DNA of 64,000 bases from Candidatus Latescibacterota bacterium (lineage in GTDB: Bacteria; Latescibacterota; UBA2968), in the NCBI GenBank assembly GCA_965204375.1, contig OZ241986.1, forward strand, positions 2,816,001 through 2,880,000, given 5' to 3'. Shown piece by piece: positions 1 through 10,549 of this stretch; the first letter of the stretch is position 1; every line of letters starts with the position of its first letter. Both the position numbers and the translations under genes were made by a program. Below the pieces are notes generated by a model. It searched no databases, was not told the origin of the DNA, and saw nothing but the letters and a program-made list of their open reading frames with translations.

Positions 1-152
1 TCGCCGGTGCCATCAAATGGCTGGCCGAGGGCCGCGTCAATGTCGATGGCATCTACACAACATACGATCCCGAAAGATGCCAGCAAGCATATCAGGACCT
101 TTTGCACAAAAACACCGAACGCCTCGCGGTCGTCTTTGACTGGACGACTTGA
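1..152 (+). CDS. 3' end of a probable zinc-binding (MDR-family) dehydrogenase, truncated by the window edge
   Basis: Frame from nt 3 reads AGAIKWLAEGRVNVDGIYTTYDPERCQQAYQDLLHKNTERLAVVFDWTT*, which resembles an MDR dehydrogenase C-terminus. Confidence 0.55.
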   Translation, partial: AGAIKWLAEGRVNVDGIYTTYDPERCQQAYQDLLHKNTERLAVVFDWTT

Positions 153-210
153 AATTGGCGATTATAGATCAACTTCAGGCGGGTCTTCGGACTCGCCCTT
201 TTTGCGTGTA

Positions 211-972
211 TCAGATGTGCATACGCAACATGGGACGGCTGAATGAGACGGGCATGTACTCCCCGGTTTTGTGGCGTTTTGTACCGGGGATCATAAAATG
301 GATGGCAAACGCGCGACGCTGGCGATCTGTGTGATTGGGCGGTGTGTAGTGCAGGGTTTGGCAATGGTGGAACATAACACCGCCGGCGGGCAACTCGACA
401 ATTTCGGCTCTGGATATCTCCACTTGATCTTCAATATCAAACAGCGCATCGGTTTGAGATGAACGCTCATGAGTGAATGGCCGGAGATGAGAGCCAGGAA
501 TAACGTGCATAGCCCCATTTTCAGCATCGGCATCGTCCAGAGTGAGCCAGCATGAGACGAGATTCGCCGGCATACATTGCCAGTACCCGTTGTCTTGATG
601 CCAGAAAACCGCATCCCCGTTATGCGCGGGCTTGAAGAGCGCCTGATCGTGGAAGAGTTGAATATTTGGACCGATGAGCGCCTCGGCGATATCGAGTATG
701 GGATCGTAGTAGATCAGTTCCCGATAGTGCAAATTGCGCTCACACATTTGCATAATTTGCAACATCTGTGTGGGGGCGTCGTTCTTTGCGCTGAGATCAT
801 CGGTATTGCTAATGGCGAGATTGCGAAAGCGGTTATCCTTCCGCGCGGCTTCAAATTCGCGGTCATATTCCCGGCGCAATATCTCGATATGTTCATCCTC
901 GAGAAGTTTGCCAATCGAGATATACCCATTCTGAAAAAAAAATTCGACTTGCTCCGGAGTTAATGCAGACAT
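211..972 (-). CDS. Phytanoyl-CoA dioxygenase (PhyH)-family Fe(II)/2OG dioxygenase
   Basis: F..NGY N-terminus, WHQD (HxD) motif, NGAMHVIPGSH, distal His in HHCQTLH, PN.T...RRA. Confidence 0.9.
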   Translation of the reverse strand: MSALTPEQVEFFFQNGYISIGKLLEDEHIEILRREYDREFEAARKDNRFRNLAISNTDDLSAKNDAPTQMLQIMQMCERNLHYRELIYYDPILDIAEALIGPNIQLFHDQALFKPAHNGDAVFWHQDNGYWQCMPANLVSCWLTLDDADAENGAMHVIPGSHLRPFTHERSSQTDALFDIEDQVEISRAEIVELPAGGVMFHHCQTLHYTPPNHTDRQRRAFAIHFMIPGTKRHKTGEYMPVSFSRPMLRMHI

Positions 973-992
973 TGTGTGCTCCTGGTCAAAAA

Positions 993-2015
993 CTAATCCA
1001 ACAACTCCTCTGTATAAGCAAACAGCGCAGGCGTCCCCCCCGTATGCACCATCACCACCGTCTCATCTTTGCCAATCTCGCCGCGATTCACCATATCGAT
1101 CAAACCCGCCAGCGTCTTACCTGTATAAATCGGCTCCAACAAAATCCCCTCCGTCCGCGCCAATAGCCTGATCGCCTCATTCCCCTCCGATGAACAATAC
1201 CCATATCCCTGCTCGCCGACGTACCGATCCACATTTTCAATCATAGACTCATCAAACGCGACATCCACATCCAGAATCTCCACCATTTTTCTCAATACAC
1301 CCAGAAATGCGTCTTTGAGATCATAAGACCACAAAATGGGCCTCACCCCCACAACCCGCACATCCAGACCCAAAACGGTCTTCCCAAAAATCAAACCCGG
1401 CTGTGTACAACTGCCCGAACACACAACAACAGTCGTAGGCGTCTCGCCTATCGCATCGAACTGATCCATCATCTCGGCCATACAAAGCGCATAACCCATT
1501 GCACCAAACGGGCGATTGGCCGCTTGCATCACCACAAAAGGCTTTCGCCCTTCGCGCTCAAATTTTTCTATCAATGCCTGCTTGGCATCGTCCAACAACT
1601 CCTGTGTTTCAACATCGATCAGATCGACATAAGCACCCAATAAATTATCCAGCAACAAATTGCCCTGCGTACTTCCGCTCTTGTGATCCTTCACCAGAAC
1701 CAGCGCACAATCCACCCCTATCTTTGCCGCTGCCGCCGCCAACTGCCGACTGTGATTGGACTGAGACCCCGCCCCACCGATAAGTACATCCGCACCGCGA
1801 ACTAAACCCTGCGCAATCGTAAACTCCAACTGCCGCGTCTTATTGCCGCCAAACGCCAGACCCGTACAATCATCGCGTTTGATATAAATCTTTGGACCGC
1901 CGACTTCTTCGGTCAACCGCTCGCAAAACTCGAGCGGCGTGGGCAAATGCCCCAGCGACACACGCGGCACCTTGCTAATGCGTGCTCTCAGTTCGTCACG
2001 GGAAATAACAGCCAT
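993..2015 (-). CDS. D-cysteine desulfhydrase / ACC deaminase family PLP enzyme
   Basis: LPTPL, YIKRDDCTGLAFGGNKTRQLEF, QSNH, EGILLEPIYTGK, HTGG. Start placed at ATG 2015 behind GGAGGT. Confidence 0.9.
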   Translation of the reverse strand: MAVISRDELRARISKVPRVSLGHLPTPLEFCERLTEEVGGPKIYIKRDDCTGLAFGGNKTRQLEFTIAQGLVRGADVLIGGAGSQSNHSRQLAAAAAKIGVDCALVLVKDHKSGSTQGNLLLDNLLGAYVDLIDVETQELLDDAKQALIEKFEREGRKPFVVMQAANRPFGAMGYALCMAEMMDQFDAIGETPTTVVVCSGSCTQPGLIFGKTVLGLDVRVVGVRPILWSYDLKDAFLGVLRKMVEILDVDVAFDESMIENVDRYVGEQGYGYCSSEGNEAIRLLARTEGILLEPIYTGKTLAGLIDMVNRGEIGKDETVVMVHTGGTPALFAYTEELLD

Positions 2016-2205
2016 TATAAACCTCCGAAAAATTACTGTCACATGTGTATATCAGCGCAATCACAAGCCTATGGAAAGGAATATACACGCATGAAGCAAG
2101 CGAAAATGCCATTGACATTTCTCAAGATAGCGAATTATTTGTTAAGGGCAGTGCATACGAGGGTTACATCACCAAAAACCATCAACACAGAGCCAGGAGG
2201 ACCCC

Positions 2206-3183
2206 ATGAAAATACTCATCACCGGCATCACAGGGCGCATAGGCGGCAACCTGGCGGCGCAACTCGTTGAACAGGGACATCAGGTCCGCGGGCTTGTATG
2301 GCCCAAAGACCCGCGCGTAGAAAAATTTGAGGGCATCGACCTCGAACTCATCGAAGGCAGCCTCACCGAATATGAAGACGTGGAAAAAGTCACCGACGGT
2401 GTCGATGTAATCTATCACCTGGGCGCGGCCTTTCAGGGAGGCGGCCCATTTAAAGACAACGACTACTTTGAAATCAACCTGCGCGGCACCTTCCACATGC
2501 TCAAAGCCGCAACCCAACAGGACAACCTCAAACAATTCATCTTCGCAAGCACAGACGCCCTCTACGCCAAATATCCCCCCGAAGGAATGGACAAACCCAT
2601 CCGAGAAGACGCAATGCCCAGAGAACCGCGCGGTTGGTACGCCCTATCCAAATCCGTCGGTGAAGAAATGTGCTACGGGTACTGGCGCGCCCACCAACTG
2701 CCCATCACCATCTTGCGCTTTTGCCTGGTCGTCGGCGCGGGCGAAATCCTCGACTTCCGCCAATTTTATCTGAGCAAACTCAAAGGACTTCCCGAACTCA
2801 AAGCACTGTGGCGCGGCGAAGAACGCCTCCTCCTCCTCAAAGACATGAAAGGCCGCTCCTACAAAAAACACATCGCCGATGTGCGCGACATTACGCACGG
2901 CTGTATCTGTGCCTTAAACAAAACAGAAGCCGCTGGACACGCCATCCAACTCGGCGGACCGCGACCATTCACATGGGCCGAAGCCATTCCGTATTTGTCA
3001 CAACGCCTGAACATCCCCTATCAGGAAGCCATCTTACACGGCGCGCCCACACATTACGAATTTGACCTGACCAAAGCGCGCGACCTGATCGGCTTTAACC
3101 CGCAATACGACATCATCCGCATGATCGAAGACGCCATCGCCTATCGAGAGGGAAAAACCATCAACGTCTTGCCCACGGAATAG
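2206..3183 (+). CDS. NAD-dependent epimerase/dehydratase (extended SDR)
   Basis: ITGITGRIG Rossmann motif, YALSK catalytic motif, AGGAGG RBS. Confidence 0.9.
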   Translation: MKILITGITGRIGGNLAAQLVEQGHQVRGLVWPKDPRVEKFEGIDLELIEGSLTEYEDVEKVTDGVDVIYHLGAAFQGGGPFKDNDYFEINLRGTFHMLKAATQQDNLKQFIFASTDALYAKYPPEGMDKPIREDAMPREPRGWYALSKSVGEEMCYGYWRAHQLPITILRFCLVVGAGEILDFRQFYLSKLKGLPELKALWRGEERLLLLKDMKGRSYKKHIADVRDITHGCICALNKTEAAGHAIQLGGPRPFTWAEAIPYLSQRLNIPYQEAILHGAPTHYEFDLTKARDLIGFNPQYDIIRMIEDAIAYREGKTINVLPTE

Positions 3184-3295
3184 GATCAGGATGGGCAGGA
3201 TGAAAGGATGAGCAGGATGCCCCTCTCCGCCCAAAACTGGATCAGGATAGCAGGATGAAAGGATGGACAGGATACACCCTGCCTCCCCTAAAACC
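3183..3295. repeat. Intergenic AGGAT-unit repeat: two tandem ~56-bp copies, each ending in a C-rich core
   Basis: ggatcaggat..gcaggatgaaaggatg..caggat occurs at 3183 and 3239, followed by cccctctccgcccaaaac and accctgcctcccctaaaac respectively. Confidence 0.8.
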
Positions 3296-3307
3296 AAGAG
3301 GAAACAC

Positions 3308-4813
3308 ATGTCTCAACCCAACATACTCATGATCATCTCAGACCAGATGACGCCCTTTCTCACGGGCGCTTATGGCCATCCCGTCGTCCAAACGCCTGCG
3401 CTAAACTCGCTGGCAGAAAACGGCATCCGCTTTGACGCGGCCTATACGCCTTTCCCGCTCTGTTCACCTGGACGTGCCTGCTTCATGACGGGAAACAATG
3501 CCGCAAAAATCGGCGCGTATGACAACGGTGCTGAACTCCGATCAGACATCCCCACATTTGCCCACCACCTCACCCGCGCCGGATATGACACCGTCCTATC
3601 TGGCAAAATGCACTTCATAGGTGCCGATCAACTCCACGGCTTCAGCCGCCGCCTCACCACAGACATCTACCCGGAAGATTTCCGGTGGGTCAAACCCGAA
3701 TGGATACACATCAAAGAAACCAAAGGGGAAAATTACCAGGCCATCATGGAACAACGAGGCAGGTATAACGCCGCCAATTACGACGGACACAAGATCCAAA
3801 TCGACACCTGGCACGGTCCCCTCAGCTACGACGAGGAAACGCACTTCCGATCACTGGAATACCTCCACGCCGTCGGCGCACAGAAAAATCCCAAACCCTT
3901 TCTCCTGTGCGCGTCTTATCACCATCCCCACGAACCCTTTTGGCCGCCCCAATCCTATTGGGATATGTACGAAAATGCAGACATCGAAATACCCACTTTG
4001 CCAGACAACCTGGACGACACATACTCCATGATGGACAAATGGCTCAACGCCTATCACGGCACGCGCAAACACGACCTGCGCGACCCGGACGCCCTCTACA
4101 AACTCCGCCGCGCCTATTACGGACTCGTCACATACATGGACGACAAAGTGGGAGAACTCCTCGCCTCACTCAAAGAAAATGGCCTGGACGAAAACACCAT
4201 CGTAATCTTCTTTTCCGATCACGGCGACATGCTCTGCGAAAAAGAAATGGTCCAAAAACGAACCTTCTACGACTGGTCCAGCCGCGTCCCCTTCTTTATC
4301 CGCTTTCCAGACCATTACAAAGCCGGCAGCACAATCGACCAGCCCGTCTCGCTCATTGACCTGTTGCCCACCTTATGTGACATAGCAGGCACAGAAGACC
4401 ACTACCCCTGCGATGGCACCAGTCTGATGCCGCTCATTGAAGGCGCGGAAACAGAAGACCGAGAAATTTTTGTTGAAGCCCACGAAGCAGTTGGCGCCCC
4501 TTGTGTCATGATTCGCAAAAACAATTACAAATACAACCACATCCACGGACGTGAGCCGCAGCTTTTTGACCTCGACGCCGACCCGGGCGAATGGAATAAT
4601 CTCAGCGGCCAGCCAGACCATGCGGAAATCGAAACCTATCTCCGCACGCGCATCCTCGACAACTATGACTTCGACACCATAGCCGAAGCCAATTTAGACA
4701 GCCTGTATCGCAGGCAACTCATCCACGAGGCAATGCAAGCCAATGGCACATCCTGGGCGTACAATCCGAGCTTTGACCCAACCAAAAACGCACAGACACA
4801 ATATCTTCCATAA
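3308..4813 (+). CDS. Cys-type sulfatase (choline-sulfatase-like)
   Basis: PNILMIISDQ, CSPGR, GKMH, SDHG. Start at ATG 3308 behind GAGG. Confidence 0.92.
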   Translation: MSQPNILMIISDQMTPFLTGAYGHPVVQTPALNSLAENGIRFDAAYTPFPLCSPGRACFMTGNNAAKIGAYDNGAELRSDIPTFAHHLTRAGYDTVLSGKMHFIGADQLHGFSRRLTTDIYPEDFRWVKPEWIHIKETKGENYQAIMEQRGRYNAANYDGHKIQIDTWHGPLSYDEETHFRSLEYLHAVGAQKNPKPFLLCASYHHPHEPFWPPQSYWDMYENADIEIPTLPDNLDDTYSMMDKWLNAYHGTRKHDLRDPDALYKLRRAYYGLVTYMDDKVGELLASLKENGLDENTIVIFFSDHGDMLCEKEMVQKRTFYDWSSRVPFFIRFPDHYKAGSTIDQPVSLIDLLPTLCDIAGTEDHYPCDGTSLMPLIEGAETEDREIFVEAHEAVGAPCVMIRKNNYKYNHIHGREPQLFDLDADPGEWNNLSGQPDHAEIETYLRTRILDNYDFDTIAEANLDSLYRRQLIHEAMQANGTSWAYNPSFDPTKNAQTQYLP

Positions 4814-4829
4814 CGAACAGGAGCAACCA

Positions 4830-5744
4830 ATGTCCAACAACACACCATTCATCGTCGATAAAAACCTCGGCGTCAACATGACCGTCGAACCAGAAGACCT
4901 CACGCAAACCAACGCCGATGGAGAAGCCGCCATCGCGCCCACACAAGAAGAAAAATATCTCTTTGATGCGCGCGGTTGGTTGCTTTTCCCGGGCATCCTG
5001 TCCGATGACGACATACGCGACATGCGCGAATATGCGCTACAGGTCAAACACGAGCCACAAACGCTGCCCGAACACGAACAATCCTACCTGGCAGGTCCCT
5101 TGCAAAAACTCGCCGACCATCCCATAGTCGTCGGTTTTATGAACGAATTTGTCGCCCACCCCCATCTCGCCAGCCCCGATGGCTATGGCTTTCGCATGGA
5201 AGCATCGAACATCCGATTCCGCTCAACGCGTACCGGCGAAGTCGGCGGATTTCGCCCACACAATGGCAACGGCCTGTTTCGCTTTGCAATCGACTCGCAC
5301 CATTATCAGTGCATCCCCGGCAAAGCGTATAGCGGTCTAACCCGCGTAGTCTGGGAACTCGCCCCTGTACAAAAAGGCAAAGGCGGAACACTGGTGGTCA
5401 GCGGCAGCCACAAAGCAGTTTATACCGCGCCAGAATCCATCCACGACCCAAACTCACCCATCTGGGACACCTACGAATGCCCGGCTGGCTCACTGCTCAT
5501 TTTCACCGAAGCCCTCACTCACAGCGCCACGCCCTGGACAGATGAAACAACCGACCGCGTTGCCATCTTCAACCTCTACAACACCATCGGCAGCAAATGG
5601 AGCAACTGGCACCCACACCCGGACCTGCTCGCCTCCATGCCACCCAAACGCCAGAGCCTGTTCCGAGACGTGCGCTGCGCCGCCAATCGCATTGGCGGTA
5701 ACGGACGCTATCACGGCGGAAATCTCAAGGATATAAAGGCGTGA
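4830..5744 (+). CDS. PhyH-like Fe(II)/2OG oxygenase with an H-x-G metal motif
   Basis: YLFDARGW, GGTLVVSGSHK, PAGSLLIFTEALTH. First ligand motif is PHNG. AGGAG RBS before ATG 4830. Confidence 0.8.
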   Translation: MSNNTPFIVDKNLGVNMTVEPEDLTQTNADGEAAIAPTQEEKYLFDARGWLLFPGILSDDDIRDMREYALQVKHEPQTLPEHEQSYLAGPLQKLADHPIVVGFMNEFVAHPHLASPDGYGFRMEASNIRFRSTRTGEVGGFRPHNGNGLFRFAIDSHHYQCIPGKAYSGLTRVVWELAPVQKGKGGTLVVSGSHKAVYTAPESIHDPNSPIWDTYECPAGSLLIFTEALTHSATPWTDETTDRVAIFNLYNTIGSKWSNWHPHPDLLASMPPKRQSLFRDVRCAANRIGGNGRYHGGNLKDIKA

Positions 5745-5828
5745 GACGTAAAACGTAAAACGCGAGACAAAGCATCAGCCTTTGGGCGGTGATGGGTGGA
5801 CTTCTCACTTCTCACCTCTCACTTCTTA
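5740..5828 (-). repeat. Modular intergenic element: 7-mer arm / C-rich core / 7-mer arm
   Basis: cgtgaga-cgtaaaa-cgtaaaa-cgcgaga; core whose reverse complement is tccacccatcaccgcccaaaggctg; cttctca-cttctca-cctctca-cttctta. Confidence 0.8.
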
Positions 5829-5848
5829 CTTTCTTTCGGAGCTTTTTT

Positions 5849-7165
5849 ATGCCAAACCTATCTAACCGTCCCAACATCCTCTTCTTTTTTCCCGACCAAC
5901 TACGCTTTGATTGGATCGGCAGCAATCCCGACATAGCGGTACGCTCGCCCAACCTGGACCGCCTGCAAAAAAACGGAGTGACATTCTCCAAAACCGTCTG
6001 CCCCGCACCCGTATGCGCGCCCAGTCGCGCATGTGTTGCAGCCGGCGCAGAATACGACAACTGCCCGGTCAAAGGAAACAGCGACGACTATCCCACAGAC
6101 CGCGCCACCGTTTACAGCATACTCCGCGACAGCGGATACCACACACTGGGATGTGGCAAATTCGACCTCAACAAAGGCACCTGCACATCCAACCTGCCAG
6201 CCTGGGGACTGGATGGCAAACGCCATTTGAAAGAATGGGGATTCTCGGACGGCATCAACAACGAAGGCAAAATAGACGGAGCCAACAGCGGGCGAGAAAA
6301 ACCGCAAGGACCCTATTTGCAATACCTCGAAGAGCGCGGCCTGCGCCAGATGCACCTCAAAGACTTTGCCAACCGCAAAGGCCAGAGGAGCACCTTTGCC
6401 ACGCCACTGCCCGATGACGCCTATTGCGACAACTGGATCGGGCAAAATGGCCGGGACCTCATCCAATCGGTCCCCGAGGACAAACCCTGGTTCATACAGG
6501 TCAATTTCAACGGCCCCCACCTGCCTCTGGACATCACGGAAAGCATGGCAAAACTCTACGAAAACGTCGATTTCCCACAGCCGAACCACAACGACCAACT
6601 CACACCCGATGAACTCCTCGGAGCCAGGCGAAATTACTCCGCCATGGTCGAAAACATCGACCATCAGGTTGGTCTCTACTTAGACCTGCTCGAAGAACGA
6701 GGCGAATTGGACAATACCCTCATCGTCTTTTCCTCGGATCACGGTGAAATGCTCGGCGACCACAATTCCTGGGGCAAGGGCAAACCCCTGCACCCCTCGG
6801 CCAGCGTGCCCCTCGTCATCTCAGGACCCGGTGTACAACAGGGCATAACCCATGACCTGCCCACAACCAACCTGGACCTCACTGCCACCTTCCTCGACTA
6901 TGCGGGTCTGAACATTCCCGACGACATGGACAGCCGCTCCCTCCGCAACCTCCTCGAAGGCACGACCAGCACGCATCGGGACATCGTCCTATCCGGCCTT
7001 GGCAACTGGCGCATGGCTTATGACGGCCGCTACAAATACATCGAAGGATTTGGCGACACACCCATGCTCTTTGATCTCGACACCGACCCACTCGAAAACA
7101 ACAATATCATCGATGACCCCGTCGTCTCAGCGCATGTTGCACGGCTGAAAGCAGAGCTGATATAA
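5849..7165 (+). CDS. Cys-type sulfatase
   Basis: RPNILFFFPDQ, CAPSR, SDHGEMLGDH. Confidence 0.92.
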   Translation: MPNLSNRPNILFFFPDQLRFDWIGSNPDIAVRSPNLDRLQKNGVTFSKTVCPAPVCAPSRACVAAGAEYDNCPVKGNSDDYPTDRATVYSILRDSGYHTLGCGKFDLNKGTCTSNLPAWGLDGKRHLKEWGFSDGINNEGKIDGANSGREKPQGPYLQYLEERGLRQMHLKDFANRKGQRSTFATPLPDDAYCDNWIGQNGRDLIQSVPEDKPWFIQVNFNGPHLPLDITESMAKLYENVDFPQPNHNDQLTPDELLGARRNYSAMVENIDHQVGLYLDLLEERGELDNTLIVFSSDHGEMLGDHNSWGKGKPLHPSASVPLVISGPGVQQGITHDLPTTNLDLTATFLDYAGLNIPDDMDSRSLRNLLEGTTSTHRDIVLSGLGNWRMAYDGRYKYIEGFGDTPMLFDLDTDPLENNNIIDDPVVSAHVARLKAELI

Positions 7166-8505
7166 TGACCAACCATCGTCCCAACATCCTCTTCCTCTGT
7201 TCTGATCAGCACCAGACCGCTGCGTCGGGGTGTTATGGTCACACAGAAGCACAAACCCCAAATATCGACCGCATTGCCGCATCTGGTATCCGCTTTAACA
7301 GAGCCTATTGCCAGTCTCCCGTCTGTGTGCCCGCACGCGGATCAATCATCACCGCACAATACCCACACACACACGGCGCGCGCATTTTACAAGACGCACT
7401 ATCCTCCAACACGCGCACCATTGCCCATCACTTTGCCGAACACGGCTATCAAACCGGTGCAATAGGCAAAATGCACTTTGTGGATGAAACGCAAAAACAC
7501 GGATTTGATTACCGCCTGGAAATGGCCGACTTCAGAAAAACGCTCACAGATGAAGAATGGCGGGAACTGCGGCGTGACCAGGGCGGAGGAGGTGGCACAT
7601 CGGGGCGACCATCCAAATTGTCCGCACGCTATTTTCAAGACACGTATTACGCCGACGAAACCGTGCGGTATTTGCGCGAAAAAAGGGATCCCAACAAACC
7701 CTTTATCCTCTGGTCATCCTACTTCATGCCGCACACGCCCCTCATCCCCATGCAGCAATACTTCGACCTCTACAATCCCGAAACCCTCACCCTGCCCGAA
7801 CGCAGTGACAACGCGCTGGAAACTGGTTTTGAAGGCCACCTCATTCGCGCCAAACAGCGGGGGTGGTACGCGCAAACAGACCGGGAACTCTGCCGCGCAC
7901 TCGCCGGATACTACGGCAACATCAGCCAGATGGACGCGTGCATCGGCAAAGTACTCGACACACTCTACGACCTGAACCTCGACAAAAACACCATCATCGT
8001 CTATACCTCTGACCACGGCGAAATGGCCGGCGCACATCGCATGTGGACCAAACACAACATGTATGAACAATCGGTCTGCGTGCCCCTCATCATCCGCCTG
8101 CCCGGAGACATCCACGCCAACACCTCGCACAACCACCTCGTCGAACACGTGGACCTCTATCCCACACTCGCCGAATTGTGCAATTTGCCCATTCCCGAAA
8201 ACATCCACGGACGCAGTTTTGCCCCACTGTTTGACAACCGGACCTACCAGCCGCGCGAATACGCCTACTCCGAATACGATTTTTGCCACGGCGTCTTCAC
8301 GCGAGACAATCGGTATGTGGGCAAACCGCCAATCCTCATGGTCCGCACAGACCGCTGGAAACTCAATTATCTGAGCTGGGCGCGCTCTGAACTCTTTGAT
8401 CTCGAAAACGACCCGAATGAATTTCGCAACGTCATCGACGACCCCGCAAATACCAGCATCGCGCGCGAACTCACGGAGATCGCGAAACAGATGTATGAAA
8501 ACTAA
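7165..8505 (+). CDS. Cys-type sulfatase
   Basis: RPNILFLCSDQH, CVPAR, GKMH, SDHGEM. TAATG overlap with the upstream gene. Confidence 0.92.
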   Translation: MTNHRPNILFLCSDQHQTAASGCYGHTEAQTPNIDRIAASGIRFNRAYCQSPVCVPARGSIITAQYPHTHGARILQDALSSNTRTIAHHFAEHGYQTGAIGKMHFVDETQKHGFDYRLEMADFRKTLTDEEWRELRRDQGGGGGTSGRPSKLSARYFQDTYYADETVRYLREKRDPNKPFILWSSYFMPHTPLIPMQQYFDLYNPETLTLPERSDNALETGFEGHLIRAKQRGWYAQTDRELCRALAGYYGNISQMDACIGKVLDTLYDLNLDKNTIIVYTSDHGEMAGAHRMWTKHNMYEQSVCVPLIIRLPGDIHANTSHNHLVEHVDLYPTLAELCNLPIPENIHGRSFAPLFDNRTYQPREYAYSEYDFCHGVFTRDNRYVGKPPILMVRTDRWKLNYLSWARSELFDLENDPNEFRNVIDDPANTSIARELTEIAKQMYEN

Positions 8506-8536
8506 TGCTATAAACCAACACAACGAGGAGCACATC

Positions 8537-9460
8537 ATGCCTACTTTTCAAACACCCGAAGGCACAAAAGTCAAAATGAGCGGAAAAGAACTCGTATTTG
8601 GAGAAAATATCTTCTCGCCGAGGGAATCCAACGACATCCTCGCAGACACGGAAGCATTGAGACAGCGAATGGAAGAAGATGGGTATCTCATCATTCGCAA
8701 CTTCCACAACCGCGAAGACATCATGAAAGCGCGAAAAGAAATTGTCGATCACATGGGAAGTCAGGGCCTGCTCGCCGCGGGATCCACGCTTGAAGACGCC
8801 ATCATCGGCGATAGAAAACGCTCCATGCGCTTCAAAGACAGCCTGGTCAAAACCTGGCCCGGCTTTCTCAATATTGTCGATGGCAAAAACACAATGGACT
8901 TCTTCGGTCGCTTTTTGGGCGGCCCCGCCCTCTCGCTCGATCACAAATGGCTACGCGCCATCAGAACGGGAGGCAATGCGGGGATGCACTGCGACATTGT
9001 ATATATGGGCGCAGGCACCAAAAATCTCTATACCATGTGGACAGCTCTGGGCGACATCTCCCTCGACATGGGACCACTCGCCCTCTGCCTGGGATCGCAC
9101 AAACTCGAACGTCTTCGCAATACCTACGGCGCATCGGATGCACACGACGATTTGATCCAGGGATCGTTCTCCAACGATCCCTACGATGTCATAGAAACCC
9201 TCGGCACCACATGGGCCGCCACGCCATTTCAAGCCGGTGATGTCGTCATCTTCGGCATGTACTTCATGCACGCCTCTCTCGAAAACACCACCGACCGCTT
9301 TCGCATCAGCAGCGATACCCGCTATCAACTCGCCACAGAAGCCACGGACCAACGACACATGGGCAAAGACCCCGACGTAATACCCAAAGCAGATCTGTCC
9401 GAACGCAAGTCCATCGAAGAATACCGCGCGGAATGGGGATTGGTGAAGGAGACCGCTTGA
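8537..9460 (+). CDS. PhyH-family dioxygenase
   Basis: EEDGYL, MHCD (HxD), LCLGSH, AGDVVIFGMYFMHAS, RISSDTRYQ. GAGGAG RBS. Confidence 0.88.
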   Translation: MPTFQTPEGTKVKMSGKELVFGENIFSPRESNDILADTEALRQRMEEDGYLIIRNFHNREDIMKARKEIVDHMGSQGLLAAGSTLEDAIIGDRKRSMRFKDSLVKTWPGFLNIVDGKNTMDFFGRFLGGPALSLDHKWLRAIRTGGNAGMHCDIVYMGAGTKNLYTMWTALGDISLDMGPLALCLGSHKLERLRNTYGASDAHDDLIQGSFSNDPYDVIETLGTTWAATPFQAGDVVIFGMYFMHASLENTTDRFRISSDTRYQLATEATDQRHMGKDPDVIPKADLSERKSIEEYRAEWGLVKETA

Positions 9461-9461
9461 A

Positions 9462-10532
9462 ATGTCCGGTATCACACAGCACAAACCCGACAAAGCCTAT
9501 GAAGGATACACCCTCTTTTCAGAAACCTTCGCAGAACCAAACTGGGAAGTCGGCAAAGAAGCCGTGGTGTACCTCATCGACATGAACGGAGAACCCGCCC
9601 ACACATGGCACCTCACGCAACACACCATCCAGTCCCACTGTCGATTGCTGCCCAACGGCCATCTTCTGGTACCTACCCACGACCGCTCGGGCGTCACGCA
9701 GTGCAGCAATGTCGGCATTTTTGAATACGATCCCGACAGCACACTCGTCTGGCGCGTGCGCTGTCGCACCGACCACGACTATCAGGTGCGCGACAACGGC
9801 AATCTGCTCATCCACACGCTCAACGAAACCATGTGCCCGCCGCTGGGACCTGAACTCAAGCGCCACCCGTATATGATTGAAATTACGCGAGACAAAGAAC
9901 TGGTCTGGGAGTGGAAAGGAGAAGAGCATCTACAAGACCTCGAAGCCTGTCTATCTCCCGAAGCATGGCAACACGTTCTGGACCGCGCCACCGGACGATT
10001 TGCATTTGACTGGGCGCACAACAACACGCTCCAGATCATCCAGCCCAATAAAAACGAGGGTGACCCGCGCTTCAAACCCGGCAACATCTTCTTCTCCTAC
10101 CGCAGCAACGACGTCATCGGCGTGATTGACTACGACACCGGCGACATTGTCTGGGCATGGGGACCCGATATCATAGACGGGCAGCACAAGCCCCACATGC
10201 TCGCAAACGGCAATGTACTGATCTTCGACAACGGCACCCTGCGCGGATATTCTCGTGTAATTGAACTCAATCCCCTCACCGAAACCATCGAATGGGAATA
10301 CGTCGCAGACCCCAAAGAAGCGTTCTTCAGCGCGGCCATTTCCGGCGCCCAGCGCCTGCCCAATGGCAACACCCTGATATGCGAAGGCGGCAAAACCCGA
10401 CTTTTTGAAGTCACGCCAGATGGAGAAATCGTCTGGGAATTTATCAACCCCTATCGCCACGAAAACGGGCGCCCCGTCATCTATCGCTGTTTGAGATATT
10501 CACCTGAATACGTAGCCCCACTACTGTCCTGA
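9462..10532 (+). CDS. Arylsulfotransferase (ASST)-family beta-propeller protein
   Basis: DWAHNN, GQH..H...NGNVLIFDNG, YSRVIE, SGAQRLPNGNTLICEG...RLFEVTPDGEIVWEF. Confidence 0.85.
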   Translation: MSGITQHKPDKAYEGYTLFSETFAEPNWEVGKEAVVYLIDMNGEPAHTWHLTQHTIQSHCRLLPNGHLLVPTHDRSGVTQCSNVGIFEYDPDSTLVWRVRCRTDHDYQVRDNGNLLIHTLNETMCPPLGPELKRHPYMIEITRDKELVWEWKGEEHLQDLEACLSPEAWQHVLDRATGRFAFDWAHNNTLQIIQPNKNEGDPRFKPGNIFFSYRSNDVIGVIDYDTGDIVWAWGPDIIDGQHKPHMLANGNVLIFDNGTLRGYSRVIELNPLTETIEWEYVADPKEAFFSAAISGAQRLPNGNTLICEGGKTRLFEVTPDGEIVWEFINPYRHENGRPVIYRCLRYSPEYVAPLLS

Positions 10533-10549
10533 AAGGAGTCTTTATACCT

